Source of the DNA: Chiloscyllium plagiosum
Lineage: Eukaryota
DNA: 64,000 bases
Reading direction: 5' to 3'
Assembly: GCF_004010195.1 (NCBI RefSeq)
Contig: NC_057746.1
Location: 4,366,428-4,430,427 of the forward strand
Part shown: piece after piece, positions 1-12,781 of the stretch
How positions within the stretch are numbered: the first letter of the stretch is position 1
Layout: every line of letters starts with the position of its first letter
Translations under genes and position numbers: made by a program
The notes under the pieces: generated by a model
The model's input: only the letters and a program-made list of their open reading frames with translations
Databases searched by the model: none
Told to the model about the DNA's origin: nothing

Positions 1-719
1 CAAAATAATTTAATTAAGCTAGGTACTTTCTTTCTTTTCCAACACTTCTATTACAAGTCCCCACCTTTATTGAAGCTGATATATTTTTTTTAAAAACTGT
101 AAGAAAATTCTCTGAAGACAATCACTTACCACTGGGACTACGTCACTTTCTGGCTGACCCGGACTGAGACTAAGCATCACACTCAGTCTTTCAGCTTCAC
201 CTTCTCCATGTCTCATCTCCCTGTTTTCACCCAACTCTAAAGCACTTTCATCTAAGCAAGCAGCACTCATACTGCAGCCTTGTCACTTTAATTGTCTGCT
301 TACATCCATTCTGATCTCAGCCTTCTACACAATTCCAATGAAGCTCAATGGGAGCTCAGGCAATAGCATCACATCTTTCAATACACCCCATTGTAATGTT
401 CACCAGCATCTGGGTGCATAGAGAGTTATCAGGATCTGAAATGTTTCAGATTTGAAGGGGTGCTGGAACTCAAGTTTATAAGAATATTAAAGATGAGTTT
501 GCAAGCATTTGAAAATGAAGAATTTATGGGTTAAAATCATGAAGTATGTGAATGGATCTAAATATGACATGCTGTCAGACATGCTGAATTTCTACAGCAC
601 TTTCTGTTTTTTTTTTGTTTGTTGCAAATATCCTGCATCTGCAATTCTTTGTCTTATTTAACCGTAAGAGAACTGGGTCATTGCTGCTTTATGTTCAGCG
701 GTGTAACTATTACTCGATT

Positions 720-1512
720 ACCCACTATCAACATCCTGGCAACATCATTGACCAAATGATACTATGGCGACAAGAGTCAAAGTCTAGGAATCCTGTAGCA
801 AGTAACTCCTCCTATCTCACATTCCTTCTAATCTTTGTTTCGGTTGTGTGAGTCTCGAAGGTCCATGCATGGAAATGATGCCCTGAATTGAGAGTCAATG
901 CTGCAATTGTCACGGTGATACCAATTGCCATGCACAGAACTTTGGAGCAGATGTGCCAGCATGCACATAGTTTAGAGGGAATGTTGCTCCTGCAAGCCAT
1001 TGGCAAGACATGAGGAAGGTGTGTGATGGAATACTGTCCACTTACATGGATGTGTACAGATAAAATAATTCACAACTTTGACATTAACCAAGACAAAACA
1101 GCCTGTTTGATTGACACAACATTCACAAACATTCGCTCCTTCCACGACCAATGTTTAGTAGCAGCAGTGTATTCTGTCTACAAGATACTCTCTAAAAATT
1201 CACCAGTGCTTCTTAAATAGCAATATCCAAACACATGATCACTACGAACTAGGACAAGGCCACATCACCAACAGAAATTTCCCCTCCAAACCACTCAACA
1301 TCATAACTTGGAAATATGTTACCATTCTTTCAGTGTCGCTGGGTCAAAATACTGGAACTCTCAGCCCAATGGAATTATCACTGTTCCAAAGCAAAATGGG
1401 TTGTACCAGTTCATGAATGAAAATCACCTCCACCTCCTGAAGGGCACAGAGGGATGGGCAATAAATTCTGGCTCAGGCAATAACACCCACAATCCTTGAA
1501 TTAATAAAAAAA
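720..1512 (+). mobile_element. LINE 3' fragment (CR1/L2 superfamily), degraded
   Basis: MEYCPLTWM...QDKTACLI; tail gggcaataaattctgg...poly-A. Related pieces at 10960-11265 (minus) and 17180-17930. Confidence 0.65.
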
Positions 1513-2364
1513 CTTCCAGTGATCTGAGGACTGATGCTGGCACATGTTTGCAGCAATGTCTGATTTATGAAATCAAACATTTGCATCACCTTTAATGATA
1601 CAGTTGATTAACTATGGAAAGCTTTTCAAAGTCCTGAGATTGTAAAGTTGATGTAAATTATTCTTTCTTTATTGAAATTGATTCCTGTGAACTGGAAATT
1701 ATAAGCCCCCTGTGGGGGAAATATCTCAGTCCACATTGAACTGATGAATAGATCATGTCCAGATCTCTTTACTGTAGGATCCTGAATGTTTCAGTGAATA
1801 GGAACACACCGTGTTGACAAATCATCTAGTTTGGGTTAAGATGAAAGTGAGTTTATTCTAAGTTAAAAATCTGTGCAGAATACTGATTGAACAGACAAAC
1901 AATACCAAGTTACACCAAACTTTGAATCAACCAACATAATAACACATTTGAAAATGACTCAAGCTCATTCCTGGAACACGAATGAATTTTGGAAGAGTCT
2001 AAGGTGAAGATATCACACCATTAATACATCGAGGTTTGATGATCTAAGGGAACTTCGGGCTGTAGAGACTCACCACCCCCTTCCTCACCATACTCAGGAT
2101 AGTTGTCCTCCCAGACAGGACAGTACAAACATTAGTCACACACCCATTGGCTGGAGATCCTCTGTCTCTAATTAACATTTCCAACTAAAGCAGGGTGTGA
2201 GTCTACACCTTACTCACTCCTGAGAGCAGGACTCACTTTACAAGCTCAAGGGGCTCCAGTTTTAAAACTGGAGCTGGACTGTTCGGGAGTGGGTCAAAGT
2301 GTGTCAGGAAGGCAGGTAGTGCAGGATCCCAGAATCTCACTCTCCAAATAGTATTGAGCCTGAG

Positions 2365-2580
2365 GAGAAAGTGAGGACTGCAGATGCTGGAGATCAGAGC
2401 TGAAAATGTGTTGCTGGAAAAGCGCAGCAGGTCAGGCAGCATCCAAGGAACAGGAGAATCGACGTTTTGGGCATAAGCCCTTCTTCAGGAATCCTGAAGA
2501 AGGGTTTATGCCCGAAACTTCGATTCTCCTGTTCCTTGGATGCTGCCTGACCTGTTGCGCTTTTCCAGCAACACATTTTC
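2365..2580. mobile_element. Palindromic non-autonomous Penelope-end element with 15-bp TSD
   Basis: Near-perfect inverted repeat 2400-2582 centred at 2491. TSD AGTATTGAGCCTGAG at 2350-2364 and 2581-2595. Confidence 0.85.
2489..2526 (+). ncRNA. Minimal type I hammerhead ribozyme motif (one substitution near the cleavage site)
   Basis: gaatc-CTGAAGA-a-gggt ttat gccc-GAAA-cttc-gattc: stem I gaatc/gattc, core CUGAnGA...GAAA. A mirror copy lies on the minus strand. Confidence 0.6.
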
Positions 2581-2784
2581 AGTATTGAGCCTGAGTCCTG
2601 GTTAAAGAGATGGGTGATCTGGGGAGTCCATGGCACCACAGTTAGCTCAGCAGTACAAGGAGGTGCACAGAAAATACAGCAATTGTGATAGAAAGCTTCT
2701 TCTCAAAATTCACTGAACAGAACTGCCTGGTCAAACCCACAGTTTCTGCCCGTTCTTGACATATTGGAACTTGTCATTGACATG

Positions 2785-2900
2785 TGTCAAAAAGTGTGGT
2801 GCTGGAAAAACTCCTCAGATGCTGCCTGATCTGCTGTGCTTTTCCAGCACCACACGTTTTGACTTTGATCTCCAGCATCTGCAGACCTCACTTTGTCCTT
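2785..2900. mobile_element. Internally deleted palindromic Penelope-end element
   Basis: gtcaaaaagtgtggtgctggaaaa...ttttccagcaccacacgttttgac, with a degenerate TSD cttgtcattgacatg/cttgtctctgacatg. Confidence 0.7.
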
Positions 2901-3429
2901 GTCTCTGACATGGTCTATGTTTAGCACAGCCAACCCATCTTTCCCTCCTAATGGTCCCTATTGTCAGCTTTCCTTCCTTTCATGCATTATGTTTATCCAT
3001 CTGTTTGTTTGCCTAACTATTTCTCTCTCCCACTGTGGGGTCTGTCTGCATCTACTGCATATGCCTGCATCACCACCACCATCACACCGTCCCACCTATC
3101 CCTGACTCTGCCTTCAGTGTACACACCCGCCATTTCTTTGCTGGCATCAGTTCTGAAGAAGAGTCACTGGACCTGAAATGCTAACTAGGTGCTGCCAGAC
3201 CTGCTGAGATTCACCAGCAATTCCCATTTTTGTTTGTGATAAGAAGCTTGTTAGTTCTGGGAATAGATAGATATTTTAGCAGCTGGCGATGTGAATCCAG
3301 AGTGATGCCAGGGTCAAGGATGTTACTCAACAGCTGAAACTGTCAGTGGTGGAACCGTTAGGAGACAGTGACCTTGTATAATGAGGGTTAGGCTGGAAAA
3401 GGACAATGAGCAATTGAGAGTAAGAATTA

Positions 3430-4100
3430 TGAAGTGCAGCAATTTAGTGCACAGAAGTATGAAATGATTTATTTGGTTGGATGATCTCAGACACTCAATT
3501 AAAAATAAAGGTACAATTTTAAAGGAGGAGTAGGAGCAGAAGGACCTGGATTTATATGAGCGTAATCATTAAGTTGCAAAGACAAGCTGAGAAAGTGGCG
3601 AATAAAGCATAGGATATTCTGGGCTTTACCACCATGGACATTGAATACAAAAACAAGAAATTATATGGTCAAGCTCCATAAAACATTGGTTCAGCCTCTA
3701 CTGGATGACTGCACCTAGTTCTGGACATCACACTTTAAGAAAAATGTGAGGGACGTCACAGAAAAGATTGGAAAAATTGGGAATGATTTCCTTAAGGAAG
3801 AGAGGTTGTATAGGGGTTTGATAGAGATTTCAAACTCATGAGGGGGCTGGACAAAGAAAATGGGTAGAAAATGTTCCTACTCATTAAAGGATTTGGAGTG
3901 AGAGGGCATGGATTGAAAAGAATTGGAGAAAGAAGCATGAGAGAGGTGAAGAAAGGTAATTTTCATGCAGGGACTAATTCAGGTGTGGAGCCTATTGACT
4001 AACAGTGAAATAGAAGTAGCTTCAATTGAAAGGAATTAGACTATCCAAAAACAACATTTGTGCTCTGGGAGAAGACTGGGATGTGGTACTCTACAAAATA
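3430..4100 (+). mobile_element. Degraded CR1 3' fragment
   Basis: RT C-terminal codons (cattggttcagcctctactgg, gagagggcatgg). Confidence 0.6.
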
Positions 4101-4289
4101 CAATGAGTCTGTCACACACAACACACTCGGAAATGGTCCTCTCCTGTACGATTATTCTAATATCTCAAGAGGCTTTAATGTGTATCGCAGAGTAACATCC
4201 TGTGTTAACAGTCCTTGAAACAGACAAAACTTGAGTTTTAAGAAACATTTAGAATACCCTCTTTACACCTCTCTGCATAAATTTATCTC

Positions 4290-5850
4290 CAGGTAAAAAC
4301 AAGGACTGCAGATGCTGGAAACCAGAGACTAGATTAGAATGGTGCTGGAAAAGCACAGGTCAGGCAGCATCCAGGAGCAGGAAATCGACATTTTGGGCAA
4401 AAGCCCTTCATCAGAGTGGAGAGATATATGAGAGGGGGGTGGGGGTGGAGAGAAAGAAGCACAGAGTACAATAGGTGAATGGGGGTGGGGTGAAGGTGAT
4501 AGGTCGTGAATGGGAGTCGTGTGAAGGTGATAGGTCAGAGAGGAGGGTGGAGTGGATAGGTGGAAAGGAAGATAGGCAGGTAGGACAGGTCATGAGGGCG
4601 GTGCTGAGCTGGAAGGTTGGAGCTGGGGTGATGTGGGGGAAGGGGAAATGAGGAAACTGTTGAAATCCACATTGATGCCATGGGTTTGAAGTTTTCCGAG
4701 GCGGAAGATGAGGCGTTCTTCTTCCAGGCATCGGGTGGTGGGGGAGCGGCGGTGGAGGAGGCCCAGGACCTGCATGTCCTCGGCAGGGTTGGGGTGGGGA
4801 GTCTAAATTTGGCCACGGGGCGGTGTGGTTGATTGGTGCGGGTGTCGCGGACATGTTCCCTAAAGTGCTCTGCTAGGAGGTGTCCAGTCTCCCCAATGTA
4901 GAGGAGACCACACCGGGAGCAATGGATACAATAAATGATGTTGGTGGATGTGCAGGGAAAACTTTGATGGATGTGGAAGGCTCCTTTGTTGCCTTGGATG
5001 GAGGTGAGGGAGGAGGTGTGGGCGCAGGTTTTGCAATTCCTATGGTGGCTGGGGAGGGAGCCAGGATGGGAGGGTGGGTTGTTGGGGTGGGATTGGACTT
5101 GACCAGGTAGTTACAGAGGGAACAGTCTTTGCGGAAAGCCGAAATGAGTGGGGAGGGAAATATATCCCTGGTGGTGGGGTCCGTTTGGAGGTGGCGGAAA
5201 TGTCGTTGAATGATGTTTTTTATGCGAAGGTTGGTAGGATGGAAGGTGAGCACCAGGGGGCTTCTGTCCTTGTTACGGTTGGAGGGGTGGGGTTTGAGGA
5301 CGGAGAGGCTGGATGTGGACGAGATGCGTTGGAGGGCATCTTTAACCATGTGGGAAGGGAAATTGCAGTCTCTAAAGAAGGAAGCCAACTGGTGTGTTCT
5401 GGGGTGGAACTGGTCCTCCTGGGAGCAGATATGGCAGAGGCGGAGGAACTGGGAATACGGGATGGCATTTTTGCAGGAGGTAGAGTGGGAAGAGGTGTAA
5501 TCCAGGTAGCTGTGGGAGTCGATGGGTTTGTAAAAAATGTCAGTGTCAAGTCGGTCATCATTAATGCAGATGGAGAGGTCCAGGAAGGGGAGGGAGGTGT
5601 CAGAGATGGTCCAGTTGAATTTAAGGTCGGGGTGGAATATGTTGGTGAAGTTGATGAATTGCTCAAACTCCTCGTGGGAGCACGATGTGGCGCCGATGCA
5701 GTCATCAATGTCGGGGAGGAAGAGGTGAGGAGTGGTGCCAGTGTAACTACGGAAGATGGACTGTTCTACGTAGCCAACAAAGAGACAGGCATAGCTGGGG
5801 CTCATACGGGTGCCCATGGCTACCCCTTTGGTTTGGAGGAAGTGGGAGGA
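4290..5850 (-). mobile_element. Penelope-like retroelement, 5'-truncated (RT C-half, GIY-YIG endonuclease, 3' repeat)
   Basis: ORF MGTRMSPSYACLFVG...FLDL...DIFYKPIDSHSYLDYTSSH...AIPYSQFLRL; EEERLIFRLGKLQTHGINVDF; decayed hammerhead-like core at ~4380-4415. Confidence 0.9.
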
Positions 5851-6059
5851 TCGCTGTCTAAATTTAGGATTCTCTTTAAATTCAACCTCTTTGATTGTAT
5901 TTGAAGGTCATCCCCCCTTTTCTCTCTTGGTGTTAATTTTTATGTGATTCATCTCGATGAAACACTGTCAGATAATTAGATATATTAAGATGCTATGTGA
6001 ATGCTAGCTGTTGTCACATCACATACTCTCCAAACCACAAGGTTAAAGGGAGGCTCTCA

Positions 6060-6250
6060 TGAGAGTGAGAGAGAGAGAGAGGGGACTGGTGGTGGTTTAA
6101 CCTGAGGGTCACTATACTTTGGGAGAGGAGAAGATGTTTAGAAGGATTGTCCCTTAACGATAACCTCAGCCAGCGTTGGAATTGAATCCATGCTGTTGGC
6201 ATCACTCTGCATCGCAAATTGCCATCCAGCGAACTGTGCTAACTGATTCC
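6060..6250 (-). mobile_element. tRNA-derived SINE, third family
   Basis: Minus strand gttagcacagttcgctgg...atggattcaattccaacgctggctgagg with a (TC)n tail. Confidence 0.55.
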
Positions 6251-7623
6251 CTCCTCCAGGTACTGGCCTGGAGGACAGACTGTGGACATTGATTGGCCTC
6301 TAGTGCTCTGGTCGAGTCACCATTCAGTATGTGGAGAGGCAAACAGTGAATGCTGTGAAAAAATGGAGACTGTCACAGCCGAGATACATCCCGCTCTCCC
6401 CTGACTTCCCAGTTGGGCTCACTGATGAGGAATGGGATTCCTGTCTAATTCTCCTCCTCCATAGACCAGAGACACTGAGGCTAATTGAACTACCTCCATT
6501 ACTACCCCAGGAAATGGCTCCTCCCACGGGCGCTTGTGCTGATAGATCTGAGGCTGAAGCCTTTCTAACCACAGAGTATCTGATTGCCTTCTTGGTCAGA
6601 GTGAGAATCAGTGAGTGACTTGTACCTGACACTGCACTGAATGAATGCTGAGTTTATATTGAAGCTTCTATACACACTGATGTCTGCTTTAGATGATGTT
6701 TTGCCATTAGGTGAAAAGTAAAATTGGTCCTCTTGAAATAATTGGCCTGATGGTGGGAGAGGTAAGAGACAAAGAATGGGTGAAACAATACTGACACAGA
6801 CACACTGGAAGGGATTCTCTCCGGTCTCTACTCATTGATACTGCAGGAGGTCCGATAGCTGTGTAAAGTTTTGATTACAATAGCTGCACCAATCGTCTCC
6901 CAAATGGTTTCCCACCACTATGGTCCAATTGTTGCTTTCGGAAAGCAGAGATTTGGGTGAAATCTGGACTCAAACTTCATACTTGAAAAAACACTTGAGT
7001 TTATGCAGGCGTTTCTATACACATTGATGTCTTCTTCTAGTAATGTTTGGAGACCTGGTCAAAAGTTAAATTAGTCCTGTTGAAATGATTGGTCTGATGG
7101 TGGGAGCAGTTTGAGACAGACCTGGCTGCAGGTCCAAGCAGAGACATCATTGTATGACAACACAACAAGGTTTGGTGAAACAATCCAAAGACATATCATG
7201 CTGGAAGGGCTTGTCTCAGATGTAGGTTTGCTGATGTTCCAGGAGGTTCAACAATATTATGAAGGTTTTAATATAGAACTCACACTGATAAGGTTTGTGC
7301 ATAAGCCTAGAAACAGCTGACGCGTGAATGGCTTTTCCTCTGCTTGAACCCACTGGTTGCAAGGAGGTTTTGAAGACTTTGGGAGGATTTTATTTTAAAT
7401 CTCACACCAGCAGGGTTTTCCTTGTGAAGAACACTGGATAGACCATCAGCTTTGATGACTTAGTGAAGGCTTTGTCACACAGTTCACATGTGAATAGTTC
7501 CTTTGCAGAACTTTGGGAGATTCACCAGGCCTGATGTTTGACCAAAGCCTGCATTGTACACCTCAGATCTGTATGTCTTCTCCCTTGGATGTGTGGATGT
7601 GTTACTGTTTCACGAGTGAAGAA

Positions 7624-8502
7624 TCAATCACATACTTTACGTTTGAAAGGTTTTTTCCCAGTGTGAATACGCCGATGATTTAACAAGCCTGACTGCTGTG
7701 CAAAGTCCTTATTACACACCTCACATGTGAATGGTTTCTCCCCAGTGTGAAGGCGTTGGTGTTCACGAAGGGTTGATGACCGCAAGAATGACTTCTCACA
7801 CACCGCACAGGTGAATAACTTCTCCCGGGTGTGAATTCGTTGGTGAACACGAAAGTCATATGAGCATGAGAATGATTTGTTGCACACCTCACACTTGAAC
7901 GGTTTCTCCCCCGTGTGAATACGCTGATGTGTGCGGAGGTTTGATGACTGTGTGAAGGCTCGGTTGCACACCTCACATTTGAAGGGTTTCTCTCCTCTGT
8001 GAATCCTCTGATGTCTCAGGAGATCGGAGGATTGGGTGAATGACATTTGACAAACATCGCACTTGAATGGTTTCTCCCCCGTGTGATTACTCTGATGTGA
8101 CAGGAGCTTTGTGGACGTTGCAAAAGCTTTATTACACACCTCACACTTGAAGGGTTTATCCCCTGTGTGGATTGTCTGATGGACCAGGAGGTTCGATAAC
8201 TGTTTGAAGGATCGATCACACACGTCACATGTGAATGGTTTCTCCTCTGTATGAATGCGCTGATGGTCACGGAGGTTTGAAAAATGTGAGAACGACTTGT
8301 CACACACCTTGCACGTGAATGGTTTCTCCCCTGTGTGGATGCGTTGGTGTGCACGGAGGTTCGATGACTGTGAGAATGATTTGTTGCACGTTTTGCACGT
8401 GAATGGTTTCTCCCCTGTGTGACTGCGTTGGTGCAGGCAAAATTGGGATGAGCGTGAGAATGACTTGTTGCACATTTTACACTTGAAGGGTTTCTCTGCC
8501 AT
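7624..8502 (-). CDS. C2H2 zinc-finger protein ZNF-A, 10 tandem fingers, no effector domain visible
   Basis: 292-aa ORF with 10 CxxC-x12-HxxxH units and TGEKPF linkers. An 11th finger is broken by a stop, and decayed finger DNA continues to ~7320. Confidence 0.9.
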   Translation of the reverse strand: MAEKPFKCKMCNKSFSRSSQFCLHQRSHTGEKPFTCKTCNKSFSQSSNLRAHQRIHTGEKPFTCKVCDKSFSHFSNLRDHQRIHTEEKPFTCDVCDRSFKQLSNLLVHQTIHTGDKPFKCEVCNKAFATSTKLLSHQSNHTGEKPFKCDVCQMSFTQSSDLLRHQRIHRGEKPFKCEVCNRAFTQSSNLRTHQRIHTGEKPFKCEVCNKSFSCSYDFRVHQRIHTREKLFTCAVCEKSFLRSSTLREHQRLHTGEKPFTCEVCNKDFAQQSGLLNHRRIHTGKKPFKRKVCD

Positions 8503-9769
8503 GAAGCTACCTTTCCGCTAATGGTTATACAACAAATGTACCTTGAGATCTGTGAGCCAATGGAGTCACACTTGAGCAGACATTTCCCTGGAGGAGTGAG
8601 TCACTGGTTCATGAGGCTCGATGAATGATTGAAGCTCTCACCACACTTGGAGCCACTCACACTTCTTCCCAGCCTCACCCTGACTGATCACCTATAGCCG
8701 AACCTTCACCCCTGACCAGTTTCAGATCTGATGAGATGTTAGAATACCCCTGACTCAACTGATTTCCAGATGAAGGTTTAACTGCCCAACCTTCTCTGTG
8801 TTGAGCAATGATTGAAAGGACTGGATGTCTTCCCACAGTTGTGCAGTTGTTCCTTGGGTGATGATCAGGATCTATCTTCAGTGGCTATCCTCTCTGTATT
8901 CTCTGGTGCAGTACAGTGTAATGCTTCTGTAAAACAGGAAAAGGAAACATGATTTCCATGAACTCCCTCCCCTGAGATGGGGAACGGAAGGGGGTTTGGT
9001 GTGTGTGTGTCCGTCTCTGTGTGGTGTCCAGGAACAGACAGCATGACTCCTTTCTTTTCCCTCCCCACCCCTTCAACTTCCCAGGCACTGTGAGGGCAAT
9101 GGAAAAGACAGTTGACGGGTGGAGGATAAAATAAGTTCACAATCCACTATGAGGTTGTGTCATGCTGGTGAAGACTGCTTATACCCTTACAGTATCTGTT
9201 GAGTTTAAAAAAAATTGGAGAAATCATCATTCAATGGAGATGCACCCTCGGGTTCAAAATTACGTGATGAAAACACACTGGGTACAAAGAGCTCGAAGTG
9301 AAGGAAAATGTTGCTTCAGTGTGCCTGAATGAATAGTTCTGATTTATCTTGGGAAATTAGATATATTGCATTTGCTCAGACTGCACATCCCAAATTCAGC
9401 TATCATCCACAGCACCATGCAAAATTATCAAATCAAAGCCCAGGCTTTTGGGAAAGTTCACGGCCTTCAAGTAAAGTTGCAAAATAAGGCAAACACATTA
9501 TAATAAATGGGTGTCCAGGTATGGCAGTTGAAATGAAAGTGTTAAGTGGATTAGTTTCAGAGTACTTTAGGACATATATTGGTCATGAAAGGCTCTATAT
9601 AAATGCACAACCTTGCATTTATATAGTATGAGACAGTGTGGTCAGTTGTTATGGAGAGATTTGAAAAGGCATTCAGATTACAACAGAGAACTGACTATTC
9701 ACAGTCCACAGAAAAATAACCAGCTCTCAACACAACACAGAACTCAAAAAAAAAGAAAATCAGTAACAA

Positions 9770-10630
9770 TCCTCACTCTGCACCTCCCAGGTTATGACAC
9801 CTCACCTGCTTATATTCATGAATGGACCACCAACAAAGGCCAGCCTGGAAATCAGAGGGAAATGCTTCCAATAAACACACTCAATATCCAACACACAGCT
9901 CCAGTCACACAGTTCAGCACAAAGCACCGAGTAAACAGCTCTCTCAGCTGGATCTTCTCACACAGCATAAGGGACATTTCCACCCCTGACTGCCCACAGG
10001 ATAGTCAGACTGCCTGAAGATTGGTGTGGATATTACGGGATACAATTTGTATAAAAGCTGCTCCTTCACTCACCATCTCCTCACTTGGTTTTCAGTCCCT
10101 ATAGGAAGTGAACCAGCTCTGGAAGAGGAAGAGGAGACAATGGGCAGAGTGGGTGGGCTCTCTGATTGACGTCTCTCACAGTCAATCCAAATATTTCTGG
10201 AGCAACATGAGTTTCCTGAAACTTGGGAAACTGACCGGGAAATGGAGGTGACTTTGAGCAGCAGATCAGGTTGAGATTTAAACTTGTCACTGTCCCATCT
10301 GAATAAAACCTCACTTATTGCAGCTACTGTCTCAGTTCGTCTGGAAAATGTTTGACAAGAGATTTCTAACGTGAGAATAGATTAAAAATCACACAACACC
10401 GGGTTATAGTACAACAGATTTATTTGGAAACACTAGTTTACGGAGCGCTGCTTCTTCATCAGGTCGTTGAAAAATAGCATTCTTCATCTTCTGAGGCTTT
10501 GAAACTGACAACGTCAGTGTGGGATAAGTATCTTTGGATGTGTTTGACAGCAAATCAGAAGAGGAAATCCAACAGCATCCATGGCTGCATTGACGTGCAG
10601 TGGTGGGAATCAGCATATGCGCAGGAAGGA
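9770..10630. repeat. ZNF-associated upstream module, copy 1
   Basis: Block recognisably repeated at ~18210-18930, 25860-26280+28505-28790, 33770-34030 (inverted), 38835-39790, 42000-42290 (inverted), 51780-52960 and 53160-53690 (inverted). Confidence 0.85.
10074..10118 (-). other. Predicted 45-nt 5' mini-exon of ZNF-A ending in ATG
   Basis: Minus strand: ctcttcctcttccag|agctgg...gaggagatg|gtgagt (pyrimidine tract plus AG, and a consensus donor). Confidence 0.6.
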
Positions 10631-11971
10631 GAGGCAGAGGTGGGACGGACACTGGAGGGAGAGGGTCATAGGGAATAGGAGCAATTTAGACTCCTCTGTA
10701 CCTCTCCTCCACCCTTTTATATCTTGCCTTCTTCTCTGACCTAACTTGGTTCCTTTCTTCCTCTGAGCTCATCCTGTTTCCGCCCTTTCCTTTGTCCTTC
10801 ATCCTCTCCCTGTCCCTTGCTCTCTACCTCCTTGAGGTGCATTTAACAGATGTGAGGGATAGAAAGTTTTAAACTCTTATCATAAATTTTAAAAATCAAA
10901 GTAGAAATTGTATAAAATATTGTTGAAAATAATAATGTCTTTATGACTATGCTATCTTGTTTTATTCACTCATGGTACATGGGCACTGCTGGCTGGGTCA
11001 GCATTTACTGCCTATCTTAGTTGCCCTTCAGAAGCTGTCGGTAAGCTGCTGCATGAACTGCTGCAGTCCATGTGCTGTCGGTAGCTGCACAATGTTGTTC
11101 AGAAGGGAATTCTATGATTCTGACCCAGTGACAGTGAAAGGATATTTCCAAGTCTGGATGGTGAGTGGCTTGAAGGAGAACCTGCAGGTTGTGTTGTTTC
11201 CATGAATCTGCTGCCCTTGTCCATCGAGATGGAAGTGGTCATGGACTTACAAGGTACTGTCTCAGAATATTTAAATGGTTAACTATTTCTCCTGTTCATG
11301 TAGCATAACTGAAATAAACTAATATCTGTCAGCCTGTAGTTTGCTGAAAAAAAATGTTGGTCATGAATATGACTGACTCTTGGTGCATGAATACCCAAAA
11401 TACTCAACTGTAATATGAAGAGTCACCTCAAACAGGTACAATCAGCAGGAACTCACCACTTCCACTATTTCATCTGGGGCTGCGGTCACTTCTGACATTG
11501 GTACCAGCTTCCTGGCTTATGTTTAATAAACCAGTATCAAAGATCACAAATGTTCAACTTACACTCGATGTAACTTACACTTAAAATACCAATTTCAATT
11601 ACAGTCAATTTTACACTTCATGTAACTGACAACTAAAATGCCAATTTCGATTCCAGTTAAATTTGCACAGATTAAAACAGACACAAGCTAATGCAAACTC
11701 TCAGCTAGAAGTTGTCTTCTTCCGGTTGTTATATATTTGACAAGGTTTTCTAAAGAAAATATTGAAAAAAATTATTTGCGACCAATGAAAGCAGCTTTAT
11801 AAAAGAATGGTACGTTATCTTCTGATTGTAAACACTGACTGGATCATTTTGTCAAACTTAACAGATATTTTAAACACCTTAATTTTTATAGTTTTTGTCT
11901 TAATAAGGTTAATCACAATAATTTGTGTTCATTTTTTATTCGTGCTTGTAGCGAATTTTGCACTGAGATAA

Positions 11972-11994
11972 ACACACACACACACACACACACA
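11972..11994. repeat. (CA)n microsatellite
   Basis: acacacacacacacacacacac. Confidence 0.9.
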
Positions 11995-12781
11995 GTGTGG
12001 AATAGCAGTCAGAAAGATGTGTTTCTTAATGCAGACATCAAGAAGATCCTTATTTTCCAACTGGGCCTGACAAGACAGGACTAAGATTATTTATCTTTAG
12101 GCCTTGGATAAAGAATGCTGAAGTTGTTTTCCCAAATCAAAGCTTGAACTCTGTTGAACGTGAAAGATCTGGATTGAGGTAACAGAAATCCACAGGATTG
12201 GCAGAAGCAAAGGTGAATGCAACTCCCAGGCAACAACACAGATGAGAGGGAATTGTATGTTATTGAGTATATGTGTCACTATTGTCAGACATTCCGAATT
12301 GGCTGGAGTGACATATTTCAAATCATAAACATCAGGAACTATAGAGTGATTGCCGGGGGATGTGGTCTGGTTAATCAATGAGATTACGAAAAGGTCTCGT
12401 TCAGCATCTTCTTCATCTGAGCACAGATCCTTCTCAGACAGGAGGGCCAAATGCCAGTTTCATGAGTTTATTTTTAGCAGCTCCACTGTATATAGTTGTA
12501 GAGTCATACAGCAGAGGAACAGGGCCCTTGGCCCACCATGTCTATTCCAATCAATAAACACAAAAGTACACTAATCCCATTTACATGGAATTACTCTATA
12601 GCCTACTGTGCCCTAGCATTTTAAGTGCTCATCCAGATGATTCTTAAATTTGCAAGAGTACTTGCCTCCACTACCCTCTCCGGCAAGCATTCTGTGTGCC
12701 TTTTCCACCATTCTGTTGACCTGTGTTGTCATCTTCAGGGACTTCTACACCAAGATCCCTTTATTCCTCAGTACTGCCAAA

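Noticed and set aside
1-290. Possible LTR-retrotransposon pol remnant (other LTR-like pieces at ~20420-20830, 32670-33650, 36285-36860)
   Set aside because: No diagnostic motif could be confirmed by eye.
2394-2639. Similar peptides on both strands (MCCWKSA...)
   Set aside because: Artefact of the DNA palindrome.
3140-3190. Further hammerhead-like motifs (also 20280-20320, 4380-4415, 10440-10465)
   Set aside because: Core or stem III mutated, so treated as decayed Penelope ends rather than functional ribozymes.
5074-5904. 276-aa plus-strand ORF and other overlapping ORFs
   Set aside because: Antisense or alternate-frame shadows of the Penelope RT.
12097-12450. 117-aa ORF
   Set aside because: No recognisable domain or convincing splice context.
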